Assembly (NCBI GenBank): GCA_028534125.1
Contig: CM052818.1
Location: 39,992,001 to 40,056,000, forward strand
Direction: 5' to 3'
Length of the DNA: 64,000 bases
Source: Lama glama
Taxonomy: Eukaryota
Part shown: positions 48,831-62,140 of the stretch, piece after piece
Position numbering within the stretch: position 1 is the first letter of the stretch
How the letters are laid out: every line of letters starts with the position of its first letter
Notes under the pieces: generated by a model
What the model saw: only the letters and a program-made list of their open reading frames with translations
Database searches by the model: none
Told to the model about the DNA's origin: nothing
Made by a program: the position numbers and the translations under genes

Positions 48831-51039
48831 ACACATGAAGACATCAATAAAGGTTTGAGAAGCCCTTCAGAATTAAAATCCATTATAGGGAGACACAGAG
48901 AGAAGGCTATTGTATAATACATACAAGAATTGGATGATTCTGAAAGGAAAAATATCAGTCCACTCAGTTAAATTGCTCAGTTTTTTGAAATCACCTTTGA
49001 AATACCCTTTTATATGTCAAAGATGAGCTCCCTGCTCACCCACCACTTTAACACCCCTTCAGAAGGGGCAATAAACAAGACAGGAGAAGAAACGGATCAA
49101 TTGTTCTGCCTGTTGATCAGAATTGGGCAACTCTCCTCTTGAGATTTTAAAAGTCAGGAAGTTTGAATGTCTATGAGGAATCGGAAAAGAGGGAGGGTGT
49201 AGATGAGGGATCTTGGCAGGAAAAATGGGCCTATTGATATCAGTAACTGATACCTGCTCAAAGGACTGAGAGAAAGGCATTCCTTGAGACCATTATTTAT
49301 GGTTGCATGACTGAGTTGTGTATGAATTGTGCAGATAAAGCTGGCAGGATTTATAAGTATATCAGATATGAGGTCAGAGAAACAAGACCTTGAGGATGAC
49401 ATTTCTTATCCACGTGTTCAGAAACATCCTTTTCTAGAACTTTACTTTAGATTGCTATTCAGCTCACTTGCTCCATTTCTAATGTTTTGGCACTTCTCGA
49501 ACGTCCACAATCTCCTTAAAGACATCTCATTCTCATATTGTCTTATTACTAAGAGACATAGTTGATCTGAATCAGGTGAGGTGATTCATATAGGTACCCA
49601 TTCTCCTGCTGCCTCCTCCACAATGAGGCTTCGGTTTCTCCCCATAAATGTCAAACTGCCCCTTTGGTCCACCAATAAGTCCTCTCAAAATAAAAATAAG
49701 TAGATTAAGTCTAGAAACCCCTTTTTTTCCCTCCTAATTAGTCCTCAGCATTAAGACATCAGATCTTATGGTGTGTCTATTCCTCATTCCGTTTTTCTCC
49801 TCCAAATATTTCCAAGGTCAAACTCTATATTCTGAGTATTGTCTTTAAGACAGTAGGGAATGTTTAGAGGATTTTCATCATACATGGTTAACATTTTTTA
49901 AAGTTTTGGCACTTAAAGTCACAGGCTTTAGTTATTTGGAAAATTTATCTATAATAAATAGTCCATTCCCCAGCGATGGGTAAATAAATGAGGCAGCACT
50001 CCCAATGCACTTGTGTTGATTTATGCATTGACATGATCCATTTAACAATGCAAAGATGTGCACCTTCCGTTTGTTTTGTTGCTATGTGTACTGTTTGATC
50101 CCAAGATACCCTGAACTGGAAAGAAGCCTTACTGAGTGACAGGGTTACATAATTCTACCTTCTTGGTAAACTGTCTTGGGCCTCAGCATCCCCAGCTCAG
50201 ATATCTGTCTATAAGGAGACATGTGGGTCTTGCATTGTTCATTCTGGCTTGACCCTAAGCCAAGAACTTTTGCAGAAGCCTGAGTCCTGGGCCTCCTTCC
50301 TAAGCAACCAGCATCATAGAAGTAACCAATTCCCACTTGTGACTGCAGCTCCTGTTGACAGGAAATGCTGACCCTTTTCAAAAGACAGGCAATGAAAAAC
50401 TGTTCCCTTGCAGGTGGAGTTTTCTGGCTCATGTAAGGATTAGAAATGAAATTAGCCATTTGAAATTTCATTCAGATCAGTCCAACCATTGCAAAGTACA
50501 ACAAATGCAGATCTTTCCTCACTGGGTAATCAAGTTCAATCTCTCTCCATGTCTTTTATCCAAAGTAGACAGCTGTGAAACCCTTAGTAACTTGTTTTCC
50601 ATGGACCCAGTTGCTCCCTGAGTCTACAGTGATCGAACATTCCAGAATGAGTGAGCTCTGAGCCCTGACCTTGCAGGACTTGAGATCTAGTCTGGAAGAC
50701 CAGAGTCACTCATGAAAACTGCTCAGTGAACCAGGGAGCACATGATGGAGCAGCCAGCCATGTGGGTCAGACAATAGGGAGTTCAGAGCCAACAACAACT
50801 GCTAAGTGCATGGTGGAGCCAACTACAGGAGAAATGGGAATGTGACAAAATGGTATAAATAAGATGCCTGCTTTGGACATTTCAACCTCTACTGTTTCCT
50901 TTCTTCCAACTTCAATTTCCCTGTAACAGATCAAAACCACTTTGTAGCAGTAATCACTTTAAAATAAATTTTAAACTAATATGCCCCCACTTTAAAACAA
51001 TATTCTTATTTTGGATGGACCTACCATCCATCCATCATC

Positions 51040-51480
51040 CTGACCCACTCCAGCAAAATGATGCATAATCCATCACAGAGCTTTCTGCACATTGTTCCCC
51101 TGTTCAAACACATAAATGGCTTCCTACGGCCAACATCAATCAGCCTTTCTTGGAGTTCCATAGTCTCCCCAGCAGGGCCCCGCCTTACCCACCCATGTGT
51201 GAGTTAGAGCACGAGGGCTTCTCCTTGAGAGCATCGTCAGTAACGTCCCCCACGTCCCACCATACTGGATCTGCCATCTGTGACCTCATGGGACCACGGT
51301 ATTTTATAGACTTGATGATATATCTGATTTGACTATTACCCATGTGTTAAGTGTTATCTTTCTAGTTGGACAACATTTTCTTTCAGTACAGGCCTATGCA
51401 GTATAAATGGAAATGTTTTCACTTTTTCTGCAACCCATAGCACATAGTAGATGTTTAATAAATCACTCATTGATTGGTTT
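51040..51480 (+). mobile_element. L2 3' fragment
   Basis: ccctgttcaaacacataaatggcttccta...catagcacatagtagatgtttaataaat. Confidence 0.55.
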
Positions 51481-51532
51481 TCATTTCTCTAGAACTACAG
51501 CAAGGGGACCAGCATGTGATAATTATTGCACG

Positions 51533-51696
51533 AAGGGCCAGGATTGGGGGAGGCAAGTGAGCTGCCCTGGGGGAAAAATTTAAGGAGGCGTTTACTGTCA
51601 GTTGTGGGCCTTGAACTTGCAGGACCTCAGGAGTGAATGTCTCCTTAAACTTTGTGCCCTGAAAGCTTCACTTGCCTCACCCTAGAAGCTGCCCTG
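51533..51696. mobile_element. MER91A-like palindromic hAT-Tip100 MITE with degenerate 8-bp TSD
   Basis: Arms gaggcaagtga...aaatttaaggagg / ctccttaaacttt...tcacttgcctc; flanks attgcacg / attggatg. Confidence 0.8.
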
Positions 51697-51959
51697 ATTG
51701 GATGGTATTATGAAGTATTTTTGCAGGATCTGTCTTTACACAGTGAAAGTAGATAACTGAATTTGTGCTTCATAAGCAGGACCCACATGTGTGTATGCAT
51801 ACAAAGGGGTTAATTCCACCAAACTGGCTTCCCTGCAATAGTTACAAAATCATTAGGGGTTTTATACCTAATGGCTTTACCCAAAAGAGCTACCTGGCAT
51901 CACTCTTCACCACCTAAGTAATCTTAACTTAATCTCCAAATATTATCTGGCAAAATTGT

Positions 51960-52030
51960 AAGGTAAGAATAAGAAGAAAGAAGAGAAGAAAAAGAAAAAA
52001 AAAAGAAGGAGGAAGAAAAAGGAGAAAAAA
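51960..52030. repeat. Polypurine (GAA/AAG-rich) low-complexity tract
   Basis: Direct reading. Confidence 0.85.
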
Positions 52031-55000
52031 ATCATAAGGTTTCTATAAGGACTGATTGCAACATGTGAAAACACAAAGCCCTAAGTAAAACTTAGTCATT
52101 ATTTTCACTCTTTTTTTTTTTTTTTGGTCAGTGATGATCTTGGTTTGCTTTGTTGAGTGTTTATAACTCGTAGCAACTGTTTAAGTGCGCAATTCCATCC
52201 ATGTATGTCTCTGAATGTACACATACAATCATAATATATATTAAAGTTTCTGCCCTTGCATTGCTTACCTCATAAGGGTAGTGAGATATTAAATAGAAAC
52301 TCCTCCTGAGTTGTTTCAGCCAGTAAGGAAAGAGGAATATTGAATGGGGCCACCAAGAAAGCATCTCTGGATTCAAGGTTATATGCAACAGAGACTGTTT
52401 ATTTTGTTCACCTTCATATTGGGCGATTTGGAAGTTAGTGGTGTCTTTGCACCATTAACAAAAACTGAGAACTCAGAGGGTAGAGGAGATATGGGGGCAA
52501 AAGGACCCACTCAAGTTTGAATTCCTAGTGGAACCCATGGGGACTGTGGACTCCTAACTTCAAAGCCAAGGTCATTTCCTAATAATTTATACGAAGTGAA
52601 AGATATACCATGTATACTATGATGCAAAGCACTTACGTGCTTTCTGAAACTGTTCCATTTAAATATTATGAGCATGTGTGTGGGGATGAACTGGGTAAGT
52701 CCAGTTAAATAGGCGATCAGTTGAGACCATTTAGGCATGATGTTTCCATGACTTACTCTGGCAAGACTGGACTGGCACTGACTCAGTGAACACATGGCTG
52801 CCTTGCTCTGAGGCACAAGCGACCTTCCCTAAATTAACTAGGCAACTGTAACTGTCTAGACCTGGTTTAAAAAATAATTCATGAGACCAAAATGGATAAG
52901 AATGTAAAATACTTGTTCCTGGGCAGCACCTTCAGGTACATATGCTACCAAATTGGTGGCTTCTCAGGGCCTTATGAACAATTAGCAATAATGCTACCAT
53001 TCGGATATAAAAGTTTTTATCTCTTCCATCTGAATAGTGAACTCATTTGTTTTTCCCAATCTAACTTAAAAAACAAATCGGTTAGTTTTGTGTCTTTGTT
53101 GCTTTGGTAATTCTTGCGCTTGAGTCTCCCAAAGATTTTTACAGATGGCAAATTCAGAATGACACTAAGGGAAGTGGCCTCTCAATATGATTTTAAGGAG
53201 AAAAAAAAAAAGGACCAATGAAATGATCTAATATTAATAGTCCATTAATAATTGAATATTTAGGACAAGTAAGCAAAGCCAGATGTTAACTGAAATGTCT
53301 CCCGGTTGGGTCAGAGTCTGAACATTCCCCTCCAGAGTAAACACTCCAGCCTTGTGCCCAGAGTCAGAGCGTGGGCCGGCGACCAAGTCACATAGCTTTC
53401 ACCGTCCAATCAGGGTGCACTTAATACAACTAAAGTAACATGAAAATAAAGACACATTAAAAAACAAACCCTAACGCTTACCCACACACACGGGGGTGAG
53501 GCGGGGGCGGGGAGACTGGTATCAACAACCTCAAATTCTCTTGTATTAATAACCTAATTCTCTTGGTAGCCCACCAGACTGATGGCTTAAAGCCTTCCAG
53601 GACTTATTTAAGCGTCTGGGGAGTCTGATTTACTTCTCAATGGCCCATTCATCCTTTGAACGTTTACTCTGCAGCCCATGCAGTTATAACCTAAGCTGGA
53701 TTTCATACATGAAAACTGACCTTCGGTACCCACTCCTTTTGCCAAGTCCCAGCGAAGCCTCTTGGAATAATTTAGAGTTTGCCATAGTGACAAGTTTAAG
53801 ATTCAATTATTGAGTGTAGTAAATTTATTTTTACTATGTTTGTGAAATGGCTTGGGCCCAATTCATTTCACTCTCTTTCACAGCCAAAAGGCCTAAGATA
53901 GCAACGGCCGAGCCTCCCAGAGCAGGGCCGCTCGCTCTCCGTTGTTTAATGCCACGTCAAACAGAAGGATTTCCACGGGACTCAGATGGAGACGTTTCTC
54001 TTTTGCCTTAGTTTGGGCAAAAAAGTGACTTCCTTCAGATAGCCGTAATAGATGGCGGGGAAGGCAGAGAGTAATCAGGCCCAGCTCGAGGCAAATGCCA
54101 AAAGTTTCCCAGAAGGATAAATCTTGTTTCCTGCCTTACTTCACAGAATTAAGCCTTGAACAAGTCATGTTCTGTGGCTTGGATGCTGTGTTTATATCAG
54201 CTTTGGTTCCCTGGCTCATGGCTGGGAACATTGTATTGGTCTGTAACCCAGGACGGTTTTCCTGAAGCAAGAAATCACTACCCCGGTGTCTTTATCTCCC
54301 ATTCCATTTTATTTGTTCTATTAATACTAGCAAACGAGCTCTGAATGGTAAGTGGATCATGGGAGACAGTGACACTTACCAGGTGCAGCCTGCAAAGCCA
54401 ATGATTTAACGCTCTGCTTTGGTAAGCGTCTTTCCCAGGAGTTGTATGAAAGATGCCTCTTTATAAAGGATTTTGTTTTGGAAAATAATAACAGCGCCTC
54501 ATCTGCGCATGGCCATTCTCAGTAGGTTCAGGAGAAAATCTTTCCTGTAGAGTTCAGGGTAGGCTGAGAACTTGTGGTCTCTCAGTGTCTTAAATGAAAC
54601 CAAATCCTCCGGGGATTGCATTCGTTTATGGTTAGTAACAGGCGACTTCCTGTTTCGAAGCAAAATGGGCTTGAAGAGGCTTATAAAAAAGACTCAAAAG
54701 GTTTCTTGGACATCAAATGACTCTAGTAAAACATTTTGATGAGTTAAGTGTAAATGCATCAGCAGCATACGGATTAAATTCCCTTCTAAATAAACATTAA
54801 CAGAGAACATGTTTGGCAAAATGCATTTTGAGTTTTGCAAAACTGAAAACATTTGAAAAAAGGAGTGTGAGATATTTGATGAACTCAGAAAGCAGCCGGA
54901 TTGCCCATCCTGTCCTTGAATATTTTCTTTGGATGTTCTGCAGATGTCAAATAAATTAAGACACAGATATTAAAAGCAAAGACTGCTGCAGAAGTGATCA

Positions 55001-56059
55001 GCTGCCCTCCAGTTAGGCGGGTGTTTCCGTGGATACCCAGTTCACGGATGTGTGCGTGAAGAGAGACCCAGGGGACCTGTAACCCTTTCCTCACTCACAG
55101 GCATCACCTCTTCCCTGGATTTGGCCCTGTAAGACCTTCCATTATTCACAGCTCTTGCATCTGTTTTTCCGCCTGTGGGATATTTTGACTCCCAAAGGGG
55201 ATTCCTGCTTTGCTATAAATCAGCAATGAAGCCTTGGTGTCACCAGGCAGATGCCAGCCTTGGCGTTGCTTGGGCCAAGACCTTTTTTATCCAGAAGTCA
55301 CTGCCCTTGTCAAAGCTCTCGTTGTCTCTCACCATCTCCTTTTTTCCGACATGCAAAGTTGATTAATCCTTTTGGCATGGCAGAAGTGACAATGGAAAGG
55401 AAAGACTAAATCTGAGATGTGGTTGGAACACAGCCTCAACTGGACTTGGTAACTGGCTATAGAAAGAGAAGAGTCCAGTGACAACTCCCAGAGGTGAGTT
55501 TGAGGGACCCATTCCATGGTGAAACTACTGAAATGAGAAAACTGCCTTTAGAAATATCCTGAGTTATAAATTCTTACGGAGCTGGAGGAATACACGACTG
55601 GCAGACATTTTGTAAAGCAGTTGGCCCAGAGCAACAAATCAGCAGGTCATAGGAGAAACTGGCACATATGTGAATGCCACTACCTTGCAGTCTGCAATCA
55701 CCTTGACTTATGATCACTTTGCTTTTGAACTATACATGCAGAAAGCAGATTTGAAGAAAATTACCAGGCAAATAAATAGCAGGTATTTTGTTTAAATGCT
55801 GCCAAGATTAACAGTTTAGTACAGTGTATTTTAGCAAATGATGATGTTATTTACAGATACCTGACATCCCTCCACCATATCAAACATTATAAAGAAAGTT
55901 AATACGCTGCTAATTAAAAAATATTCAAAACTGTGAAGGGAGTACTGGCTTCTCACTCTTGGTTTATTCAATGGTCTTCCTTCCTGCCATTTTTATTCAT
56001 TCATTGAATGGTTTCCCGCTAAGACCATGGGGCTGAGGCTGTTGGTCTCAGCTGTCTCT

Positions 56060-56490
56060 ACTGTTTCAATTTACTCTACATATGGTTGCCAGAGTTTTCT
56101 TTCAAAAGGACTAGTCCTGTCATTCACCTGTTCAATAATCTTTGATGCCTACCAGGTGTCACCAGAATAAAGTCCAAATTCCTTATTTTGGTGTTCAAGC
56201 CCTGATGGTCTGGCCTTAATTCACCTTTCAGTTCATAGCCCCCCACCTCATAATCCCGTCGTACCAGACAAATCCTCCATTCCCAGATTCCGCATGCTCA
56301 TACACTGTCCTAGGACTTGGTACTTCTCTGCATTTTGCACACTTGTAAATATTTACTAAACTATTTGTTGAAACAGAGTTTTCCCCCTAGACTGTCAGTG
56401 CATGAGGGCGGGGGTCTGTCTGTTCTGTGTATTGTATATCCATCCTCAGGGTCATAGTAGGTGCCTGTTGATACCTGCGCACTGACGGAG
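56060..56490 (+). mobile_element. L2 fragment
   Basis: cagaataaagtccaaattcctt...ttcaagccctg...ccctagactgtcagtgcatgagggcggggg...catagtaggtgc. Confidence 0.7.
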
Positions 56491-56674
56491 TCACCTGTCT
56501 GTGTCTCGTGGCACTGACTGTATATTTCTATCACAGCACTTGCTGGATTTCATGTCTCACTACCTGATCTTCCTGTCACCAGTCCTTGAACCTGGAGGGC
56601 AGCGGATATTCATTTATTTACTGTTTGGCTCTTAACAAATAAAGTTTGCTGATCACATTCTCGAAGACACATAT

Positions 56675-56805
56675 GAATAAGAATAATAATAGTATCTACT
56701 ACATAGAATGGTCATGAGGATTAAATGAGATTACATCTATAACATGCTTATCACAGTCTCTGACACAATAATTGCCTAGTAATTGTTAGATATTATTATT
56801 ATCAT
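56675..56805 (+). mobile_element. MIR 3' half
   Basis: aataataatagtatctactacatagaatggtcatgaggattaaatgagatt...gcttatcacagtctctgacacaataa. Confidence 0.85.
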
Positions 56806-57224
56806 GATCATAATATTATAAGTATTTTCTAACAGTCAAAACTATTAAATAGCAAGCCAGCAGGAATTTAATACAGACCACATTAAAGGCAGGCACAGGG
56901 ATGGTAGGAGCATAATCTAAGGACCTGGCACTGACGGAGAAGCAGAGGACAAAGCAGACAAAGTGCTTATAGAAACACCATTCCATACACACATTGATGG
57001 TTTTCTTTTCATACCCACTTAACAGGTGAGAAAAGTAAGGCATCAAATCTTTGTTCATTTGTCTTAGAATAGAAGCTAGAAGTAACAGAACTGGACTAGA
57101 AACCAGAGCTTGAAAGGACTGTTACATATGGTGAGGGACCTAAAAGGAGTCTGTTCATTGTCTCTGGCTCATAAATGACCAACAAGGCCAGGGCAACTTT
57201 TGAAAAGAAATCACTGAAAAACTC

Positions 57225-57960
57225 ACAACCCTGCAAATGGTGGGGATCCTGAGAGAAAATGTTAGCACAGAAATAGATCTCCTGACCAATAAACACGTGA
57301 AGAGGTGATCAAGGTCATTAGTGATTAGAGGAATGCTGATCATGACCACATGAGGTATCATTTAACAAGCAGATACATTATGGTTGGTACATTTCTAAAA
57401 AAAAATATGACCTTTCTAAGTGTTTGAAAGGATGAATCAATAGAACTTCCTTATCTTTGGTGATGGGATTATAAACTGGTACAACCACTATGGAAAACAG
57501 CTTTCCATTTCTTTCTAAATTTGTACCTTCATACATCCTATGACCCAACAAAAGCAATCTTAAGTGTGCACCCAACAACACTCTTGCACACACACAATAG
57601 GAGATGTGTAAATGAATGCTCACAGCAGCCTTATTTTTAATAGTGAAAATCTGTATACCCATCAACAGAAGAATTAACAAAGTGTGCAAAAAGTACTTTT
57701 ACACAATAGTTCAGAAAGGCGAACTACAACAAAATACAATAGGGTTTCACTTTGGTAATATAATCCTGAGTGAAAACAAAAGAAAGTCACTACATATCCC
57801 ATATAGTTTGGCATGATAAATTATGTAAAGTTAATAACTATTAAACTAAATAAATATTTATAAGGAATATATGGAGATGCAAGAAAAATATAGCAAAGAA
57901 ATAATGAACACAGGATGTAGGATGACAGTTTCTTAATCGGTAGGGAGGCAGTCTCAAAGA
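57225..57960 (+). mobile_element. Old L1ME-like fragment (ORF2 3' end/3'UTR)
   Basis: ccaataaacacgtgaagagg...accacatgaggtatcattt...taaactggtacaaccactatggaaaacag...cctatgacccaac. Confidence 0.75.
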
Positions 57961-57989
57961 TTTAATTGAGATGTGTTTACCAAGGGTGT

Positions 57990-58170
57990 TGATTCATTTA
58001 TCCCTTTATTCAGTCAACAAATAATGTTAACTATATATTAACTGCTATTAAGTTATAAAAATCATCAAGCACTTATTTGGTGCAAAGCACTAGGATAAGT
58101 ACATGACAGAATAATAGAAAAAGACAGACATAACTCTTGCCTTCATAGAGCTTACGTTTAGTGGGAGAAG
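57990..58170 (-). mobile_element. L2 3' tail
   Basis: ttcagtcaacaaata...tgcaaagcactagg...agacagacataactcttgccttcatagagcttacgtttagtggga. Confidence 0.75.
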
Positions 58171-61100
58171 AGTCCTGAAGACCAAGTTTTAAAAGATAAT
58201 TCGTCTGAATTTTCCATGACAATGGAAAGAAAGAGCTTTCCAGAATTTCTTCCTATGGATAACTTGTTAGTTGAGAAGGGTCACCTATAATGCAAGTCCA
58301 AGTTGTCAATAAATGACAAGAGTCACAGACCTGAGTGTGGGAAGCCCAGCCCAACCAACACTCAGGATTTATACATGTATATGTATATATGTGTATATAT
58401 ATCCTCAAAATAGGAAGAAAGTAGAAACAAAATACATAAAGACATTGGTGACTACCCTACACCACTTACACGTGGCTCCTCTTCAAGCACCAGAAAATTA
58501 TTTTAATTGATGAATTCATTCAATAAAAACTTCTTGAGTCCTACTGTGTATGAGTCACTTACGTTTGATTTTGAATGGTCCTAAATGACCATTACTCATC
58601 TACATGCCCAGCAGCAATGATCTAGAGAAGAGATTTGTTCTCAAATGCTGTGGAACTGAGGGTTCACATGAAACTCTACAGCTGGCAGAGTCAACACACA
58701 ACATTTTTCTAATGACTCATGGAGGTGACAGGTTTTCACAAAGCATGACTCCTTGAAATTTATTTGGGGAGCTGCTGAGTGCTGTATTTTAGGAGCTCAA
58801 AAATCTAACTCTAGTTAATGAAAAGGTCAGAGCTGCTTGGTTTGACATTAAAGACACAGGAGCTACCCAGGGAACAGGCTTCATTTTTCTCCTGTGTCTG
58901 TATGACTCAGATCCCTCTGGAGTCAGTTCTTGCAACTTTCCCTTCAAACAGTACTCTCCGACATTCATACTTTCAGTAGCTCTTGATCTTTTCCTCACCA
59001 GATTTAATGCCAATATTCATGACTTCAATTTTGTTTTGTTTTCCTTCTTTCATGAGCAAGCTAATTGATGAAAGGAACCAGTTAATGCATCCTCCAATGA
59101 TCTATTCCCTTGGACCCACAAAGAAGGACTCGAGTTTACTGATGAAATAGATAAATCAATTTCAAAAGGCTATGCTCCTCTTGAGAAACTGCATCAGAAT
59201 GGGAACTGCTAATTCAAGTCTCCATGAATCTGAACCTCCCTCTGGCAGACAGACCCCAAAGATTGTCCCCACTGCCCAGAATGCAGGATGTTGCCCCTGG
59301 TCGAAGTACCTGTGGTTTGCTAGTGAGTGGACTTACTCAATATGAACATTTTTGGTCTAATTTCAACCAGTTGTCAGCACATCAGACAGGAGGGACTCTG
59401 AACTAAACTTTGGTTGAAAGAATGGATGTTCCACAGAAACCCCCTGACTGGGGCTTCTATCGGGCAAGGAAACATAGTACCCCTGCGGGGGACAGCCAAG
59501 GATTGTCAGTCCAAACTGTGTGAGCAGCAGTTTATTTGTTTTCTGGGTGCTTTTCTCCTCTGTAAACATGTCCTGAGGCCAAGTGATTGGTACATGTTTT
59601 ATAAACTGGAAATATAAACACAGACATTCTCTTCCAAAAATGGATCTTTAGGACTTCCCTAGGGAACTTGCTCTCGCTGTTTGTTCTGAATTCTGAACTA
59701 GCATGAGTGCAAATGTTACACCTCTAATACTTGGAGTGTTAATCCCTGCATCAGAGAGCACAAATGTTAAAAAGGTTTTGAGGTGCCCTCTTAGACTCCC
59801 CAAACCATTCTTGCTCCTACTGAGGATAATACACTTACGTGACATGTCTTAATGAAGGAAGAGGGGAAAAGAGACCAATGTGTGTATGGTGGGGAGGTGG
59901 CGGGGAGGGGCTGGCCCTTCGGAGAGATTCCTCGTTCAACCACATGCTCTGAGGTCTCTGTTTATGCCAACTGGCATTTCAGTTTTCAGTGTCATTGCTG
60001 GGTCATTCTACTTTTTCCCCTGATAATATGACACCTCCCTCTAAACTAGACATGGATTCTTTTAAAAAGCTATTTTGATACAGCCTAGAAATACTAATGA
60101 GGCATTTAAACACTTAGTAAATTGAATGCTTCATCAACCTTGCACCTCTAAATAAATGGTCTTTTTTTGCAAATAAGATGGTTCTTCCCTTACCAACTTA
60201 CAAAGGGCTGGCTTAGAGAGTGACTGGTGTTCTTAGCTCAAAAGCCTCTCTTTCCTCCTTAAGTGATATTATTCAGCTGGATAAAAGAATTATACTATTT
60301 AAATAATTCTGGAAAGAGAACAATGTGTTTGGGAGAAATCTTGTAGAATGTGCTGTCAGGGAAATGTACTCAAGGGTTCAGAGATGGTTCTTCCTTACAC
60401 ATCTTCCTTCCAGAAGATTCAGGACAGGGCCTCTGTGGTTTCTTACATAAACAATGCTGTTGGGAGGTCCTCTGGGGTTTCCCTAGGGGGTCATATTTAT
60501 TGAGAATGTCAAAATTTCCTTTTTGGGTTTATAAAATATATCCTTTGTCAATTGGCTTTGACTCATATGTACATAATAGGGGACCTCAAAGAACACACAT
60601 GGCACCTTGGTAGTTTTTGCACTTTAGTTAATTGGCATTAAACTGCAGGCACCACCCAAATGAACTTCACATTTACTTAATCTGACACCATGATAAGTGT
60701 ATGCTGCCTTGTTTCTCACACCTGCCCCCGAAACTCCCTCCCAACCCCAATCAACACATGGAACTATAGCCTACCAAGCTGGAGAAGAAAGACTGGGCTC
60801 TAGTCTTACTTTATAAAGAGCCACCAATTAAATGTTTCCCCACCCTCACTACTCTCATACTAAGATTGGGACATGTTTCTGCTTTTCTCACAGACATCAA
60901 TGTCAAATACAATCTTCCCCTCTGGCCTATCCCCTCTACTCCCCCTCAGTGACTTCAACCCCACATTGATGATTCCCGCCATCTACCCATTGGTTCTTGG
61001 GCTCCTTAAATCTTCTGGCCCTTAACCACAGCCTGTTTCAGTCAGCCTCAGGCATGGTCATCCTTCAGCTTTCATCATTACCTGAACATATGCCTACTTG

Positions 61101-61319
61101 TAATAAACCAGAATACTAAACCCCCACTCTTTTGACTTAATCTGTGTTTCCCACAGTGCAATCTGGCTAGAGTCCTTGATTCCTCTCAAATCTTCTTGAT
61201 CAGTTACACGTCTCCATCTCAAATGGGAATCCACAGGCAATTATTCCAACTTCTCATAGATTCCAACCTCCATGCTTTAGCTCAGATGGACCCACCACAG
61301 GACCTACCTCTGTTTATTT

Positions 61320-61600
61320 CAATCCTAGATATGTTTCAAAATGAATTTAAATGCCATTGCCTCATAAAACCTTCCCTGATGGCATGCTGCTGGGTTTAAG
61401 TTTGCCTTCTCTCAACTCCTCACAGTACTTTAATGCTTTTGTATAGTTTATAGTACTTCCTCCTCAGCATCATAAAGTTTATCCCTTCGTTTCACTATTT
61501 GGAAACAAGGACTGAATTTTGTTCATATCTGATGAAAATAATACTTATCAAAATGTGTTGTATAGGATAGGTATTCATTAAATATTTTTACAACAAAATA
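61320..61600 (+). mobile_element. L2 fragment
   Basis: tttaaatgccattgcctcataaaaccttccctgat...ataggtattcattaaatattt. Confidence 0.55.
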
Positions 61601-61829
61601 TTTATTGTTATTTATCACTACAGATCCAGATTATTAAAATTTTCTCAAATATAAACACTTTTATTTTTCAGTAAAAAGGGTGAAAAGATATTAAATAGGA
61701 TGGAATTTTATTCAACTAAGTCATGTCCAGGGACCTCAATTACTTTGTCTCCACTGCAAACAGTGGTGAGACTGCTAAATGATTTGACGTGTAAGACACT
61801 GTCCCATGAAATCCTTGAGGATAAGAAGT

Positions 61830-62140
61830 ATTTCACTTCCTTCAAATCATTGCTCAAATGACAGTTTCTCATTGAGGTCTACTCTGACCACCTTATTTAA
61901 AATCATAGCCCCTCTCAAAGTCAATACTGGTTCCCTTTTTCTACTTTATAAGTTTTTCAGAGCAGTTATCACTTTCTAACATATTACATAATTTACTTCG
62001 CTATTTTATTTATTGTTTATTTTCTCTGCTAAATATTAAGCTTAACAAAGACATTTTGTCTGTTTTGTTCACTCCTGTATCAATAGCCATAGAACAGTGC
62101 CTGGCACATAGTAGCTGCTCAACAACAATGCTCAACAAAT
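61830..62140 (+). mobile_element. L2a-like 3' end
   Basis: cacttccttcaaatcattgctcaaatg...ctgaccaccttatttaaaat...tgtctgttttgttcactcctgtatc...tagaacagtgcctggcacatagtagctgctcaa. Confidence 0.88.
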
